Source of the DNA: Carcharhinus amblyrhynchos
Lineage: Eukaryota
Length of the DNA: 64,000 nt
Direction: 5' to 3'
Assembly: GCA_965287045.1 (NCBI GenBank)
Contig: OZ336893.1
Coordinates: 27,094,001-27,158,000, forward strand
Shown: positions 27,660 to 39,417 of the stretch, piece after piece
Position numbering within the stretch: the first letter of the stretch is position 1
Layout of the letters: the number at the start of each line of letters is the position of its first letter
Program-made: the position numbers and the translations under genes
The notes under the pieces: model-generated
The model's database searches: none
Told to the model about the DNA's origin: nothing
What the model saw: the letters and a program-made list of their open reading frames with translations, nothing else

Positions 27660-28502
27660 GTGTACCATACTGAGGAGTGTGTAATTATAAAGAGTGTGTT
27701 ATACTGTGGGAGGAGATAGTGAATGTTCTGTTAAACAGAACTTATTACAGTGAGAGGCTTGTATATTGTGAGGAAAGTTTCTGAAAGTGAAAGCTTGTTA
27801 TATTGAGGAATGTGTTATAGTGAGAGGTATGTAAATAGCAAGGGATACTTTATAGCGAGGGACACGTAAGAGTGAAGTGCGGAGTTAGAAAGAGGGATGT
27901 GTCGTGGTGAGGGAAGCATTTATAGTGAGGAACATGTTATAGTGAGGGACATGTTACAGCAAGGGCCACATTTATAGTGAAGGATGGAGTTATAGTGAGG
28001 AAAGTGTTATCATGAGGGAAGCGTCTATACTCAGGGACATGACATTGTGAGGGCCATGTTATAGCGAGGGCTATGATATAGTGAGGGCTGTGTTACAGCA
28101 ACGGACACATTTATTTTGAGGATGTATTATAGTGAGGGGTCTGTTATAGTGAGGGATGTTATGTAGTGAAGGAAGAGTTATAGTGAAGGATGTCTCATAC
28201 TGAGGGATGTCTTATACGAGGGAAGTGTTATCGCGAGTGACGTGTTATAGTGAGGGACTTCTTATAGCGAGCAACACAATTATAATGAGGGATATGTTAT
28301 AGTAAGGGACACATGTATTCTGAGGGATGTGTTAAAGTGTGGGATGTCTTATGCTAAGGGATATTTTATAGTGAGGGATGTGTTATAGTGAAGGATGAGT
28401 TATACTGAGGGATGTGTCATAGCGAGCAACATAATCATACTGAGGGACATGTTATAATGAGAAACTTGTTATTTCATAGTGACAGATGTGTCATAGCGAG
28501 AG
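27660..28502. repeat. Degenerate minisatellite, ~17-bp unit GTGTTATAGTGAGGGAT, roughly 45-50 units
   Basis: Repeated TTATAGTGAGGGA cores with 17-19 nt spacing and strong strand asymmetry (C-poor + strand). Confidence 0.92.
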
Positions 28503-29140
28503 ACCTGGGGCCTGACTTAGCGACACAACTCTTTGACACTGGATCTGTGATGTCAGTTTGTGCTCATTGAGAACTGGAGTGAAACCATCTGATCTTTCTC
28601 CAGATTAAAACCTTAAAACCAAGACAGAGAGAAAGGGGTCAGTCTGGGCTGAATTGGAACTCGGATCCTTGAGGTGAATGGTTGGTGACTCATTTATTGT
28701 GCCACCTGCTCTGAGGGACCCTAATTCTTAACACCTATCCCTTTATTGAAATGCTAACCTAGTGACTGTGATACTGTCCTGCTGACCCAGGAGTTAGGAA
28801 TTCAATTTCTGGTGTAACAAGTTGTGAAATTGAATGTAATAAATCTGATAATTTGTTGACTAACACAAGCATGAAAGCTAGGATTGGTATTCAGGACTAG
28901 TTGGGTCAAGACAAGGAAGTAAACCCCATGCCCTTACCCAGTCTCACCTGTGTGATTGCCTGTCAACTAGAGATGAGTCATGTTCCACCTGGTGAGTACT
29001 GTGGTGACTTTGCTTCTTGACTGTGAAGTTTCTCACCTGAACTTATTACAGGACCTCCTCTGTGGCTGGGATTACTGCGGGAGCAAGAATTCAACCCAAC
29101 CGACAGGCTTCCTCAAACTCTGATGAATGTCAGTCTTCGA

Positions 29141-29156
29141 CTGCCACCTACTGGAC
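29141..29156 (-). promoter_or_regulatory. Candidate CTCF site
   Basis: Minus strand GTCCAGTAGGTGGCAG fits the CTCF core CCRSYAGRKGGCRS in apparently non-repeat DNA. Motif match only. Confidence 0.4.
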
Positions 29157-29364
29157 TTGTATAACTTTACACTTCATCATTTTGAAGGTTCAATTTCTAT
29201 TTTGTGCAGCATTTGACTGATTTTCACAATTAATTATATTCCTTCCACATCTTTATATTGCTTCACATTATCACAATGTGTGCAGCAATTTCCTCTCCCT
29301 GAGGTTAGATGATCAATATTACAGTAAATGTAGAACTCCATTTTTAAAAGTACTGTTTACATTT

Positions 29365-29672
29365 GGGAGACACGGTGGCACAGTGGTTAGCACTGCTGCC
29401 TCACAGCGCCAGGGACCCAGGTTCAATTCTGGCCTTGGTCACTGTTTGTGTGGAGTTTGCACATTCTTCCCATGTCTGCGTGGGTTTCCTCCAGGTGCTC
29501 CAGTTGCCTCCCACAGTCCAAAGATATGTGGCTTAGGTGGATTGGCCATGCTAAATCATTAGCAAGGTAAAAGTGTGGGATTACGGGAATAGGTCCGGGC
29601 GGGATTGTGGTCGGTACAAACTCAATGGGCCAAATGGCCTCCTTCTGTACTGTTGGGGCACTATGCTATGCT
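29365..29672 (+). mobile_element. HE1-like V-SINE
   Basis: Well-preserved head CACGGTGGCACAGTGGTTAGCACTGCTGCCTCACAGCGCCAGGGACCCAGGTTCAATTC. Confidence 0.9.
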
Positions 29673-29759
29673 ATCTGTTATGTAGTGTAATGGATTATAA
29701 TGCTACTATGATCGTTCCCATGGACATAGTTTCCTCAACCATATAAATGGTGCTATTAG

Positions 29760-29894
29760 CAGTAAAAAGTCTGACAACACCAGGTTTTAGTCCAACCTAT
29801 TTATTTGATAATATACTCACAAGCTCAACCAAATAACACCAGGTTACAACACCAGGTTTTAGTCCAACCTATTTATTTGATAATATACTCACAA
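29760..29894 (-). mobile_element. Tandemly reiterated 3' fragments of the same PLE pLTR
   Basis: Two copies (plus an 11-nt partial) of AACACCAGGTTTTAGTCCAACCTATTTATTTGATAATATACTCAC, matching the reverse complement of 36961 onward. Confidence 0.85.
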
Positions 29895-30214
29895 ACTCAA
29901 GTATACTTGTTGGGAGTGAGGTGGGCAAGTAAGTTGGTCGGTGAGGGAGTGTCACATGTTCAAGGGAGTTCTGCGGGTGTTAGGGTGGGGATGGGGGTGA
30001 TATGTTGGGGGAGATCAGTACTAGAGTTGCCCAGGAGTTAGAAGTAGATTTAATTCTTCCCACTTTTCCTGAGTCACCATTCTGGTATGACGTTTTGAAA
30101 TTTGATTTACATAATATTTTTAGATGGTTAAGATTGTAAGAGATTATTACTTCCTGGACAAACGTCATTATTAATTGCCCAGACTCACTTCCTAAAGGAC
30201 CAATGCTCAAATAT

Positions 30215-32110
30215 CTATAGAAACTCTTACTATCTGCTTTATATTTCTAGCTAGATTTCTCTTGTACTCATTCTCATTCTTAGCAATCTCTTAGTCACAT
30301 GTTTGCTGTGTTTTATATTTTGTCCAATCTTCTGACCTGCCACCCAACTTTGTGCAATTACATGCTTTTTCTTTAAGTTTCATGCTATGTTTAACTTATT
30401 TAGTTCACCGCATTCTCTTGTAATTTTTCTTTCTTGCTGGAATGTATCTATTCTGTGTATTCGGAAACATCCTCTTAAATGTATGTCACTGTATCTCTAT
30501 GGACCTATTCCTTATCCTAATCTTCCAGTTCACTTTAGTGAACTCTGCTTTCGTTCCCTCATAATTGCCCTTATTTAAGTTTGAAATACTAGTCTTAAAC
30601 TCACTCTTCTATCCCTCAAACTGAATCTAAAGCTCAATCACATTTTGATTGCTGTTACAAATGGGTGCCTTCACTGCGGAGTCATTAGTTAAACTTATCT
30701 CATTCCACAAATCATGTCTAGTATAGCAAATCTCTCTGGTTGGTAGCAGAATGTGCTGTTCTAAAAAAACTATTCAGAAATGTTCTATGAATTCCTTATC
30801 TGGGCTGTCTTTGCCCATTTCATTTTTCCAGTCCGTACGTAGATTAGAATCTCCCTTGATTATTGCCATATCTTTCTGACAAGCACCAATTTTGTCCTTT
30901 ACAACCTGTCTTATCATGTGGTTACCATTAGGGGGCCTATAAATCATACCATAAGTGACATCTTGCCTTTATAATTTTTCATCTGTACCCAAACTGCTTC
31001 TACATCCTGGTTTCCTGAATTTGGGTCATCCTTCTCTATTGTGCTAATGATATCCTTAATTAAGAGAGCTATCCCTCCTTCTGACTTATTCCAGCTCCCT
31101 ACTCTTCCTAAATATCATGTGCCCTTCGATGTTAAAGCTATGTCATCTTGCAGTCATGTCTCCATAATGGCAACTATATTTTTATTTGTGTATTTCTACT
31201 GGAGCTGTTCAGTTCATCTGTTTTGATTCAAATGCAATGTGCATTGAGATACAGAGCCTTTAGTTTTAACCTCGTATTATTTTTGGAACCTCCAGCCTTA
31301 CCTGTTGGTTTACTCCTAGATTTGCAATGTTTGTGCCTTCCTGTCGTGGTCTGTTTATCACTTCCCACATTAATACTTTTATCTCTTGCCTTGTCTCTTG
31401 ATTTACCACATCTTCCCAAATGTGATCCTTTGCCCCAAAGACTTAGTTTAAAGCTCTCTCTACTTCCCAAGTTATGTGGCTCAGCAGTCCAGTCCCAGCA
31501 CGGTTCAGATGTAGACCATCCCAACAGTGCAGCCCTCATTTTCCCCACTACAGTGCCCCAAGAACCAGGATCCCTTTTCACATATCAGTCTTTAAGCCAC
31601 GCATTCATCTCTCCAATGGAGACACCCTACCCCAACTTGCACATGTCTCTGGTAATAATCCAAAGGTTATTGCTTTTAATTTAGTGCCTGACTCCTCATA
31701 CTTTCTATATAGAACCTCTTTCCTAGCTCTGTCTATGTCATTGGTACCTAAATGGACCATGACGACTGGATGCTCTCCCACTGCAAATTCCTCTCCAGTT
31801 CTGAGCAGATGTCCTGAACCTTGGCACTGGCAGGCAACGCAGCCGTCTGGACACTTGCTCCTTGCTGCAGAGAACACTGTCAATTCCTCTCACTACACTG
31901 TCCCCTACTGCCATTGCATGTCCTTTTGTTCCCCCAGTTGAATGGCTTCCTTATCAGGGTGCCAAGGTCATCCATCCTGCACCACTCTCATCCAAACAAA
32001 CTGAGAAAACCTCAAAGCTATTGGACAATTGTAAAGGTTGAAGCCCCCACCCACTGAGTCCCCTTACCTGCCTCACTTACAGTCACAACCTCACGTCCCT
32101 GACCACTGAC
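30215..32110 (-). mobile_element. Decayed CR1 5' portion: ORF1 esterase-like domain and ORF2 APE endonuclease
   Basis: VVMVHLGTNDI (SGNH/esterase of CR1 ORF1), LKALYLNA (endonuclease start), GMIYRPPNG and a GDFN-like GDSN, all with stops and frameshifts. Confidence 0.8.
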
Positions 32111-33277
32111 CAAATCAGAAAAGCGTAACCTCTGGGATGGTATAAAACCTCGAGGTGTTGCAGCATGGTGTTATATCAATATAAGTTGTTACTCAAGGGC
32201 AGCCTCAGCTCCTCAGCTTCATAAAGAGGAGTCTTTAGAGGAACTTTACGGAAACACCTTCGTCTATTTTTCTCCATTAAAGTTCTTAGATTCAACATTG
32301 TTGCTGTTGCTCGTGTTACTTGATTGTAAGTGTGTCAGGGCTGTAGGGCAAGAGGGCACAAGTTCAGGGTCACAAAGAACAACTTTAAGAAAGTATTTCC
32401 CAGAGGGCAAACAATGGAATGAGGATAAGAATTGAAGTGAAGAAATGAAAAACCGCATGATTGGTATTCTGGGGGGGTGAAAGCAAAGAGGGCACAGGGC
32501 CCATTTCATTCTACTGCATTGTACAGAACTGGCACTCACTGGCACCAGAGAGGGCCACAGGATGGCTGGTATGGAATGACAATCCCATACTAATGCAGAA
32601 GGGAAAATCCCACACTATGAACTGAAAATCCCATACAAGTGCAGTAGGGAGTGTCCTTTGAGCTTTGTCCTTATCTAACCATGCGCGCCTACAACTGTTG
32701 TTAGGATTCCTGTTGTCTCCGGGTGACACACCTTGATACCATTTGTAGGTGTGTCGGGGAGTGGTTCCACAAGGAGTACTGGAGTTTTGTATCTAGGATT
32801 ATTCTGGTATTTATTGGATATGGAAATTATGACTATTACATGAAGAAATACGATTCATTGGCTAAAAATATTACATATGAAGGTGTTGAGCTTTCTGGCT
32901 TTGATGCCAAGACTGTGGAGGATAAGAATCAGCTAGACTTCCCCATTGCCATCAGTGCTCAGTGATACTGTGCTTGTGTAGGGGACAGTAAATGACATTC
33001 CTAACCTGTTGATTCTCCCCATGGCGAGATCAGACGGCTGCTGCAATGACTTGTAAAAAACTGCATTTAAAATACTGCCTTTCACCATAAAGGTGCTTTG
33101 AAACACCTTTCAAGTGAAATCATTTGTACAACAGACTTGTTCAACCCCTGGCCTGTGAGACAGACGCGGCCCCACCAAGCCCCCCTGTCGTGGCCCTCAG
33201 AGCCAGTTTTCAAAATGCCGGTAAGACAGGTAAATGGAGAGGAAGGTTCAGCAGGCAGCTGCTCCTCCAGCTGCAGG

Positions 33278-33484
33278 TTTTCAGGAGGGTGCAGCCCACT
33301 TCTGGAATATGCTTGCACTGACCAGAGCTGCCACTGCATCCCAGGCAGGGGGTGGTGATCCTGGTGGGAGGCCGTCTCCTGTAGTGGGTATAGAGTGTCT
33401 CCCGCCTCTGCTCTGCTCCACTCCATCCAGCAGCCTGGCGAGGGCCCCCTCTGAAAAGCACATTGCTGCCTTCTTGGCCGCCAT
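33278..33484 (-). pseudogene. Fragment of a Harbinger Myb/SANT-like (ORF2) gene
   Basis: MAAKKAAMCFSEGALARLLDGVEQ(RRETLY)...AWDAVAALVSA across frameshifts. It fits the FS..L..L..V...R..L....W..VA..VS pattern of Myb/SANT trihelix domains. Confidence 0.6.
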
Positions 33485-33519
33485 CTCCTGCAGTCATTGT
33501 GGAACAAGTGCTGGGGAGC

Positions 33520-33890
33520 CATTTACCTGATACGCTGCAGGAAAGGATGTCCTGAGGCATGGTACATTGAGGAGACTATGCAAATGCTACGACAGCGGAT
33601 GAATGAACACCGCTTGACAATCACCAGCAGGAATGTTCTCTTCCTGTTGGGGAACACTCACATCTCTACTCACTCCATCTCCACTCACATTGTCTGCACC
33701 TTTAAGACTTGATTAGCTGTAAAAACTCACATTCTAATCGGTATTCTGTAAATTGAGTGTGTATCTTTACATCCCCTGTTTGTGATCAGAACTCTCCACT
33801 CAACTGACGAAGGGTCAGAGGCCCGAAAGCTAGTGGCTTTTGTTACCAAATAAACCTGTTGGACTTGAACCTGGTGTGTGAGACTTCTTA
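33520..33890 (+). mobile_element. Older PLE fragment: GIY-YIG remnant + related pLTR with a degenerate hammerhead (33804-33836)
   Basis: IYLIRCRKGCPEAWYIEETMQMLRQRMNEHR is homologous to the 36.4-kb ORF. CTGACGA-A-GGGT-cagag-GCCC-GAAA-GCTA-GTGG is followed by AAATAAACCTGTTGGACTTGAACCTGGTG. Confidence 0.85.
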
Positions 33891-34205
33891 TAGGAGAGGT
33901 CCCAGGGGATTGGAGAATAGCCAAATGTTGTTCCTTTGTTTAAGAAGGGTGGCAAGAAAATCCAGGTAATTACTGGCCAGTGAGCCTTACATCAGTGGTA
34001 GGGAAATTATTGGAGAAGATTCTTCGAGACAGGATTTATTCCCACTTGGAAACAAGTAGAAATATTAGTAAGAGGGTGTATAGGTACACAGGTCACTGCA
34101 AGTGGCAATGTAGGTGGAGAAGGTAGTCAAGGAGGCATACAGCATGCTTGCCTTTATTGGCTGGGGTATTGAGTTTAAAAATTGGCAAGTCATGATGATG
34201 CTTTA
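33890..34205 (+). mobile_element. Internal CR1 ORF2 fragments
   Basis: GEVPGDWRIANVVPLFKKG / NYWPVSLTSVVGKLLE-like sequence. Confidence 0.75.
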
Positions 34206-35497
34206 CAAGTGTCCCAAGATGTGTAGGTTAGGGGAATTCGCAGGGTAAATATGTGGGGTTACTAGGATATGGCCTGAGTGGGATGCTCTGGTGGAAAATT
34301 GGTGCAGACTCAATGGGCCAAATAGCCTCCTTCTGCACTGCAGAGATTCTACTGTTCTAACACAACAGTGACTGGACCAACAAAGTAACTTATTGGCTAT
34401 AAAGCATTTTGGGATGTCCTAGTCCTAAAAGACGCTATTTAAATGTAAGTCCTTCTTTTTCTCGAACAGTTTTCTGATCAACCATGCTAGTCCATGCTTA
34501 CATAAATGCCATGAGGATAAAACCTTCCCAAAATTATTTTTCATACTCTGAGTATCTGGTATTCTTTGATGAAATTAATCAGGTCACATTTACTATACTT
34601 GGAAAATTCTTATCAGACTTGATACTGTAATAGAATTATTTGTCCGCCCACCCTAATACCAAGTAATTATTACTTGTCTGAAGAAAGTATGATTACGTAT
34701 AGAAGAGTGTAGTGATGGTGGTTCAATGCAAACTGTTGTGCTGACTCACCTTGGATACAGTTTGTAGTGAAACATTAATCTTTTTTATGAAGCTACTTAT
34801 GTAATGCTGTATTATGTAATTGCACTATGATAATTAGGACTATCATTAAGACAGGAGATTTGTGATCAGGGTCACTTTGCACAGGAGGATCAATAGCAAG
34901 AAAAATGATTCCAAAGTCCAAAATGTCAGCATTAATACAGCACAGAATATTAAGTGTCCAGATCCTATGAGTGACCTACACAAAATGAACTCTTTTTAGA
35001 TGAAGCAATGATGAAGATTTACCATTGATCCATATAGCATGAAAGAACCACTGGAGCTGAAAGGGACCTGGTGATGGTTGAGTGATATTATCGCTAGACT
35101 ATTAATCCAGAAACTCAGCTAATGTTCTGGTCTCCAATCCCACCATAGCAGAATTTGAATTCAATAAAAATATACTGGTGACCATGAAACCATTGCTGGA
35201 AATATCCATCTGGTTTACTGATATCCTTTGGGGAAGGAAATCTGCCATCCTTACCTGGTATGGTCCACGCGGTGACACCAGAGCCATGGCAATGTGGTTG
35301 ACTCTCAACTGCCCTCTGAAATGGCCTAGCAACTAGGGATGGGCAATAAATGCTGTAATATACTCACAAGCTTTCGAGGGGACTGCCTCTTCGTCAGGTG
35401 AATGGAGAGTTCTGGCCTCAGACAGAGCATATAAAGCACAGACAGTTTAGAGATTACTGATTAAAATGCGAATCCTTACACCTATCCTTTTTTCATC

Positions 35498-36712
35498 CAG
35501 TTTTTCATCCAGACACATGGAACAGCCATGGGGACCAAATTTGCACCTCAATATGCCAACATCTTCATGCACAGGTTCGAACAAGACTTCTTCACTGCAC
35601 AGAATCTTCAACCGATGCTGTACACTAGATACATCGATGACATTTTCTTCCTTTGGCCTCATGGTGAACAATCACTGAAACAACTATATGATGATATCAA
35701 CAAATTCCACCCCACCATCAGACTCACCATGGATTATTCCCCGGAATCAGTTGCATTCTTGGACACACGCATCTCCATTAAGGACGGTCACCTCAGCACC
35801 TCACTGTACCGCAAGCCCACAGACAATCTCACAATGCTCCACTTCTCCAGTTTCCACCCTAAACATGTTAAAGAAGCCATTCCCTATGGACAAGCCCTCC
35901 GTATACACAGGATTTGCTCAGATGAGGAGGATCGTGACAGACACCTCCAGACCCTGAAAGATGCCCTCGTAAGAACAGGATATGGTGCTCGACTCATAGA
36001 TCGGCAGTTCCGATGCGCCACAGCGAAAAACCGCACCGATCTCCTCAGAAGGCAAACACAGGACACAGTGGACAGAGTTCCCTTCGTCGTCCAGTACTTC
36101 CCCGGAGCGGAGAAGCTACGACATCTTCTCCGGAGTCTTCAACATATCATTGATGAAGACGAACATCTCGCCAGGGCTATCCCCACACCCCCACTTCTTG
36201 CTTTCAGACAACCACACAACCTCAAACAGACCATTGTTCGCAGCAAACTACCCAGCCTTCAGGAGAACAGTGACCACAATACCACACAACCCTGTCACAG
36301 CAACCTCTGCAAGACATGCCGGATCATCGACACGGATACCATCATCACACGTGAGAATACCATCCACCAGGTACATGGTAAATACTCTTGCAACTCGGCC
36401 AACATTGTCTACCTGATACGTTGCAAGAAAGGATGTCCCGAAGCATGGTACACTGGGGAGACCATGCAGACGCTACGACAACGGATGAATGAACATCGCT
36501 CGACAGTCACCAGGCAAGACTGTTCCCTTCCTGTTGGCGAACACTTCAGTGGTCACGGGCATTCAGCCTCTGACCTTCGGGTAAGCATTCTCCAAGGCGG
36601 CCTTCACGACACACGACAGCGCAGAGTCGCTGAGCAGAGACTGATAGCCAAGTTCCGCACACATGAGGACGGTCTCAACAGGGATCTTGGGTTCATGTCG
36701 CACTATCTGTAA
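35498..36712 (+). CDS. Penelope-like RT (C-terminal part) + Cys linker + GIY-YIG endonuclease, uninterrupted, N-terminally truncated
   Basis: RT motifs QTHGTAMGTKFAPQYANIFM and RYIDD. Linker PCHSNLCKTC. Endonuclease IVYLIRC...WYTGET, RMNEH, AEQRLI, GLN. The listed Met at 35528 is internal. Confidence 0.93.
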   Translation, partial: QFFIQTHGTAMGTKFAPQYANIFMHRFEQDFFTAQNLQPMLYTRYIDDIFFLWPHGEQSLKQLYDDINKFHPTIRLTMDYSPESVAFLDTRISIKDGHLSTSLYRKPTDNLTMLHFSSFHPKHVKEAIPYGQALRIHRICSDEEDRDRHLQTLKDALVRTGYGARLIDRQFRCATAKNRTDLLRRQTQDTVDRVPFVVQYFPGAEKLRHLLRSLQHIIDEDEHLARAIPTPPLLAFRQPHNLKQTIVRSKLPSLQENSDHNTTQPCHSNLCKTCRIIDTDTIITRENTIHQVHGKYSCNSANIVYLIRCKKGCPEAWYTGETMQTLRQRMNEHRSTVTRQDCSLPVGEHFSGHGHSASDLRVSILQGGLHDTRQRRVAEQRLIAKFRTHEDGLNRDLGFMSHYL

Positions 36713-36924
36713 CCCCCGTGACTTGCCTGGGTTTGCAAAACCTCACTTACTGTACTGTCTGGAGACAATACACATCTCTTTAAACTGTGATCAGTGCTCC
36801 TTCCACTCACATTATCAGCCACTTCAGGTCTTGAACAGCAGGTTAGGTGTAAGGATTCGCATTTTAATCAGTAATCTCTAAACTGTCTGTGCTTTATATG
36901 CTCTGTCTGAGGCCAGAACTCTCC

Positions 36925-36966
36925 ATTCACCTGACGAAGAGGCAGTCCCCTCGAAAGCTTGTGAGT
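36925..36966 (+). ncRNA. Minimal type I hammerhead ribozyme in the PLE pLTR
   Basis: ATTCAC-CTGACGA-A-GAGG-cagtcc-CCTC-GAAA-GC-TT-GTGAGT: stem I, core boxes, stem II and a palindromic AGCT helix III. The reverse-strand copy is at ~35362-35403. Confidence 0.8.
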
Positions 36967-37937
36967 ATATTATCAAATAAATAGGTTGGACTAAAACCTG
37001 GTGTTGTCAGACTTTTTACTGTGTTTACGCCAGTCCAACGCCGGCATACCCACATCAATAAATGCTGGCCAGTCAGTGACCATGTCCCATGAATGGATAA
37101 AAAAAATTGCCCACATTGATTTGATTGAAATTTTTTAACTCATCTTGGCGTTAGACATGTTTAGAGGGCAGTGGGCAATGAGTTCGGCCCATCGAGTCAG
37201 CACCGACCACAATCCCACCCGGGCCTATTCCCACAACCCCACACACTTACCCTGCTAATCCCCCTGATACTAGTGCCAATGTAACAAGGCCAATTAACCA
37301 CAGATGCTGCCTGACCCACTGTGCATTTACGGCATTATCTGAATCAGTGCAAAAGGAGGCCGTTCAGCCCATCAAGCCTGGACTGACAACAATCTCACCC
37401 AGGCCCTATCCCCGTAATCCCACATATTTACCCTGCTAATCTTCCTGACACTAAGGGACAATTTAGCATGGCCAATACGTCTAACCAACACATCCTTGGA
37501 CTGTGGGAGGAAACCTGAGCACCCGGAGGAAACCCATGCAGACACGAGGAGAATGTACAGATTCCACACAGACGGTGCCCTGCGGCTGGAATTGAACAGT
37601 GCTAACTACTGTGCCATCCCGGGTTCAAGTTAAAGGACAAACTTGGAACGTAGCTAATTTTCAGCATGCATATGGAACCTTGATGACGGTGAGGAGAGAC
37701 CAAGGACCGGATCCTGGAATTAAGATGCAGATCAATCCTGAACATCTGGGAAGAAGGAGGATAAATATTGGCAGATGTGTAGCAGCACTGTTAGGAGAAT
37801 TATTAATGAAACCAGGAGAGACCAGTGCCACAAAGGTGTGCTACTAATGAGAGAGGTTGAAGGAAAATAGAATGATCAATGTTGCCAAAAGCAGCAGAAA
37901 GGTGCCCAATCATAGTCAAAGAAGATTTCGAGACCCT

Positions 37938-38064
37938 GGGCAGAATTTTCCCATCCCGCCCACCATGGGAATTATAATGGGCAGGACATGGACCGTGCAA
38001 AGATCTGTTGACCTCAGGTGGGATTTTTCGGCCTTGGGGCGAGCGCAGCCAGAAGATCCCGCCC
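37938..38064 (+). mobile_element. ~127-bp MITE with GGGCRGRATTTT-type TIRs
   Basis: GGGCAGAATTTTCC...AGAAGATCCCGCCC. Homologous copies at ~5205-5330, 7506-7590 (partial), 39105-39236, 45345-45467(-) and 59289-59417. Related ends at 4667-4801, 20409-20517 and 52497-52610. Confidence 0.75.
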
Positions 38065-39417
38065 TCTGACCAAAAAACCAGATCGCAGGATCTCAAATAT
38101 GGAATAGCAGAGAAGAGAGGCATGTGGTCAGAGGAACTCATTCAGGGCTCGGGTGAAGAAGATACCACATCATCTTGTGATTCCAAAGCTACAATAGGAA
38201 GCAAAAGAAGCATCTGGAGTCACTTCAGGGGACTCGGTCACTTTGGTCGGACATTGTCAGCACACGGACAGCTGAACCGAGCAAGTTGGCTGCTAAAGAG
38301 CTGGAATCAGAGGTGGTGAAGGCAGCAAGTGCTGAGTTTCATGGGCAGCACAGTGGCACAGTGTTGAGCGCTGCTGCCTCACAGCACCAGGGACCCTGGA
38401 TTCAATTCCAGCCTCGGATAGCTCTTTGTGTGGAGTTTGCATGTTCTGCCTGAGTCTGCATGGCTTTCCTCCTGGTGCTCCAAACTCCAAGGATGTATGG
38501 TTCAGGTTGATTGGCCATGTTAAATTGCCCCTTAGTGTCATTAGCATGGTAAATATGTGGGATTATGGGGATAGGACCTGGTTGGGATTATTGTCGGTAC
38601 AAGCCCAATGGGCCAAAAGGCCGCCTTCTGCACTGTAGGGATTCTACGATTCCATGATTCATGAATTTGGTGATGGAAGTCAAAAAATATGGGGAAAATA
38701 TAATTAAACAAAATTAGCATTTTTAACACACAAGTCACTAACCTCCACCCTCTGTTTACAAAAACGATCTGCCCATCTCTACTGTCTGCTATCATCCATA
38801 CCACCTTCAGATCATCAGCCTGTCCTGAAAAAGTCTACTTTAAACTTCCTCCATAGTTTCCAAGTTTGGAAGAGGAAACAGCCTTGGGATTGGGCAGATG
38901 CGAGGGTGCCAGATGTGTTGCTGAGGATGGCCTTAGTTTTGGGCATAAAGAAGTCGATTAGCCATGCATATTTAGTAAAGGATGGAGGCAGCAGAGCGGG
39001 GAGGAGTTTTAGGAGGTGGTGGGTAATGAAGTTGAGGCTTCTTGTACCACCCTCTACCTGGTTTAAAGTTTTCTATGTCTCGGCTGTGGATAAAACCAAC
39101 ACAACAGGTGGAAGTTTCCCATCCCACAGCCACAGGAATTGTAGCAGGTGGATCAGAAAATTGAGCAGAGCGTGAAAAGGTCAGTTGATGTTGAGTAAGA
39201 ATTTCCAGCTTGGGGCGAGCGCAGAAAATCCTGCCCAGCAGCTTAGATGGTACAAGCCCTCCTGAAGTTTGTCATTTTGCAGAGCTTTGCTGATGATTGC
39301 AAAGCATTCACTTGACCAAATTAACCATCATGCTTTGTGTTTTAAGCCCACAGTGCAGTTCAGTACATTATTTTGCATTTCTTCAGTCTGAGTCCTTCTT
39401 TTACCTTGATCAGGGTC

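Larger units (their letters stand above)
35356..37056 (+). mobile_element. 5'-truncated Penelope-like retroelement (Neptune-type) with an inverted partial pLTR at its 5' end
   Basis: Contains the RT-EN ORF. 35356-35484 is the reverse complement of ~36844-36972. Flanked by an 11-bp duplication AATAAATGCTG (35345-35355, 37057-37067) that splits a SINE tail. Confidence 0.95.

Noticed and set aside
27660-28502. CRISPR-like array
   Set aside because: Contiguous degenerate units with no unique spacers, in vertebrate DNA; it is a minisatellite.
29120-29145. CTGATGA as another hammerhead core
   Set aside because: No GAAA box after the potential stem.
32723-32965. 80-aa ORF as a host exon or retrocopy
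   Set aside because: No recognisable homology or convincing splice boundaries; blastx would be needed to revisit it.
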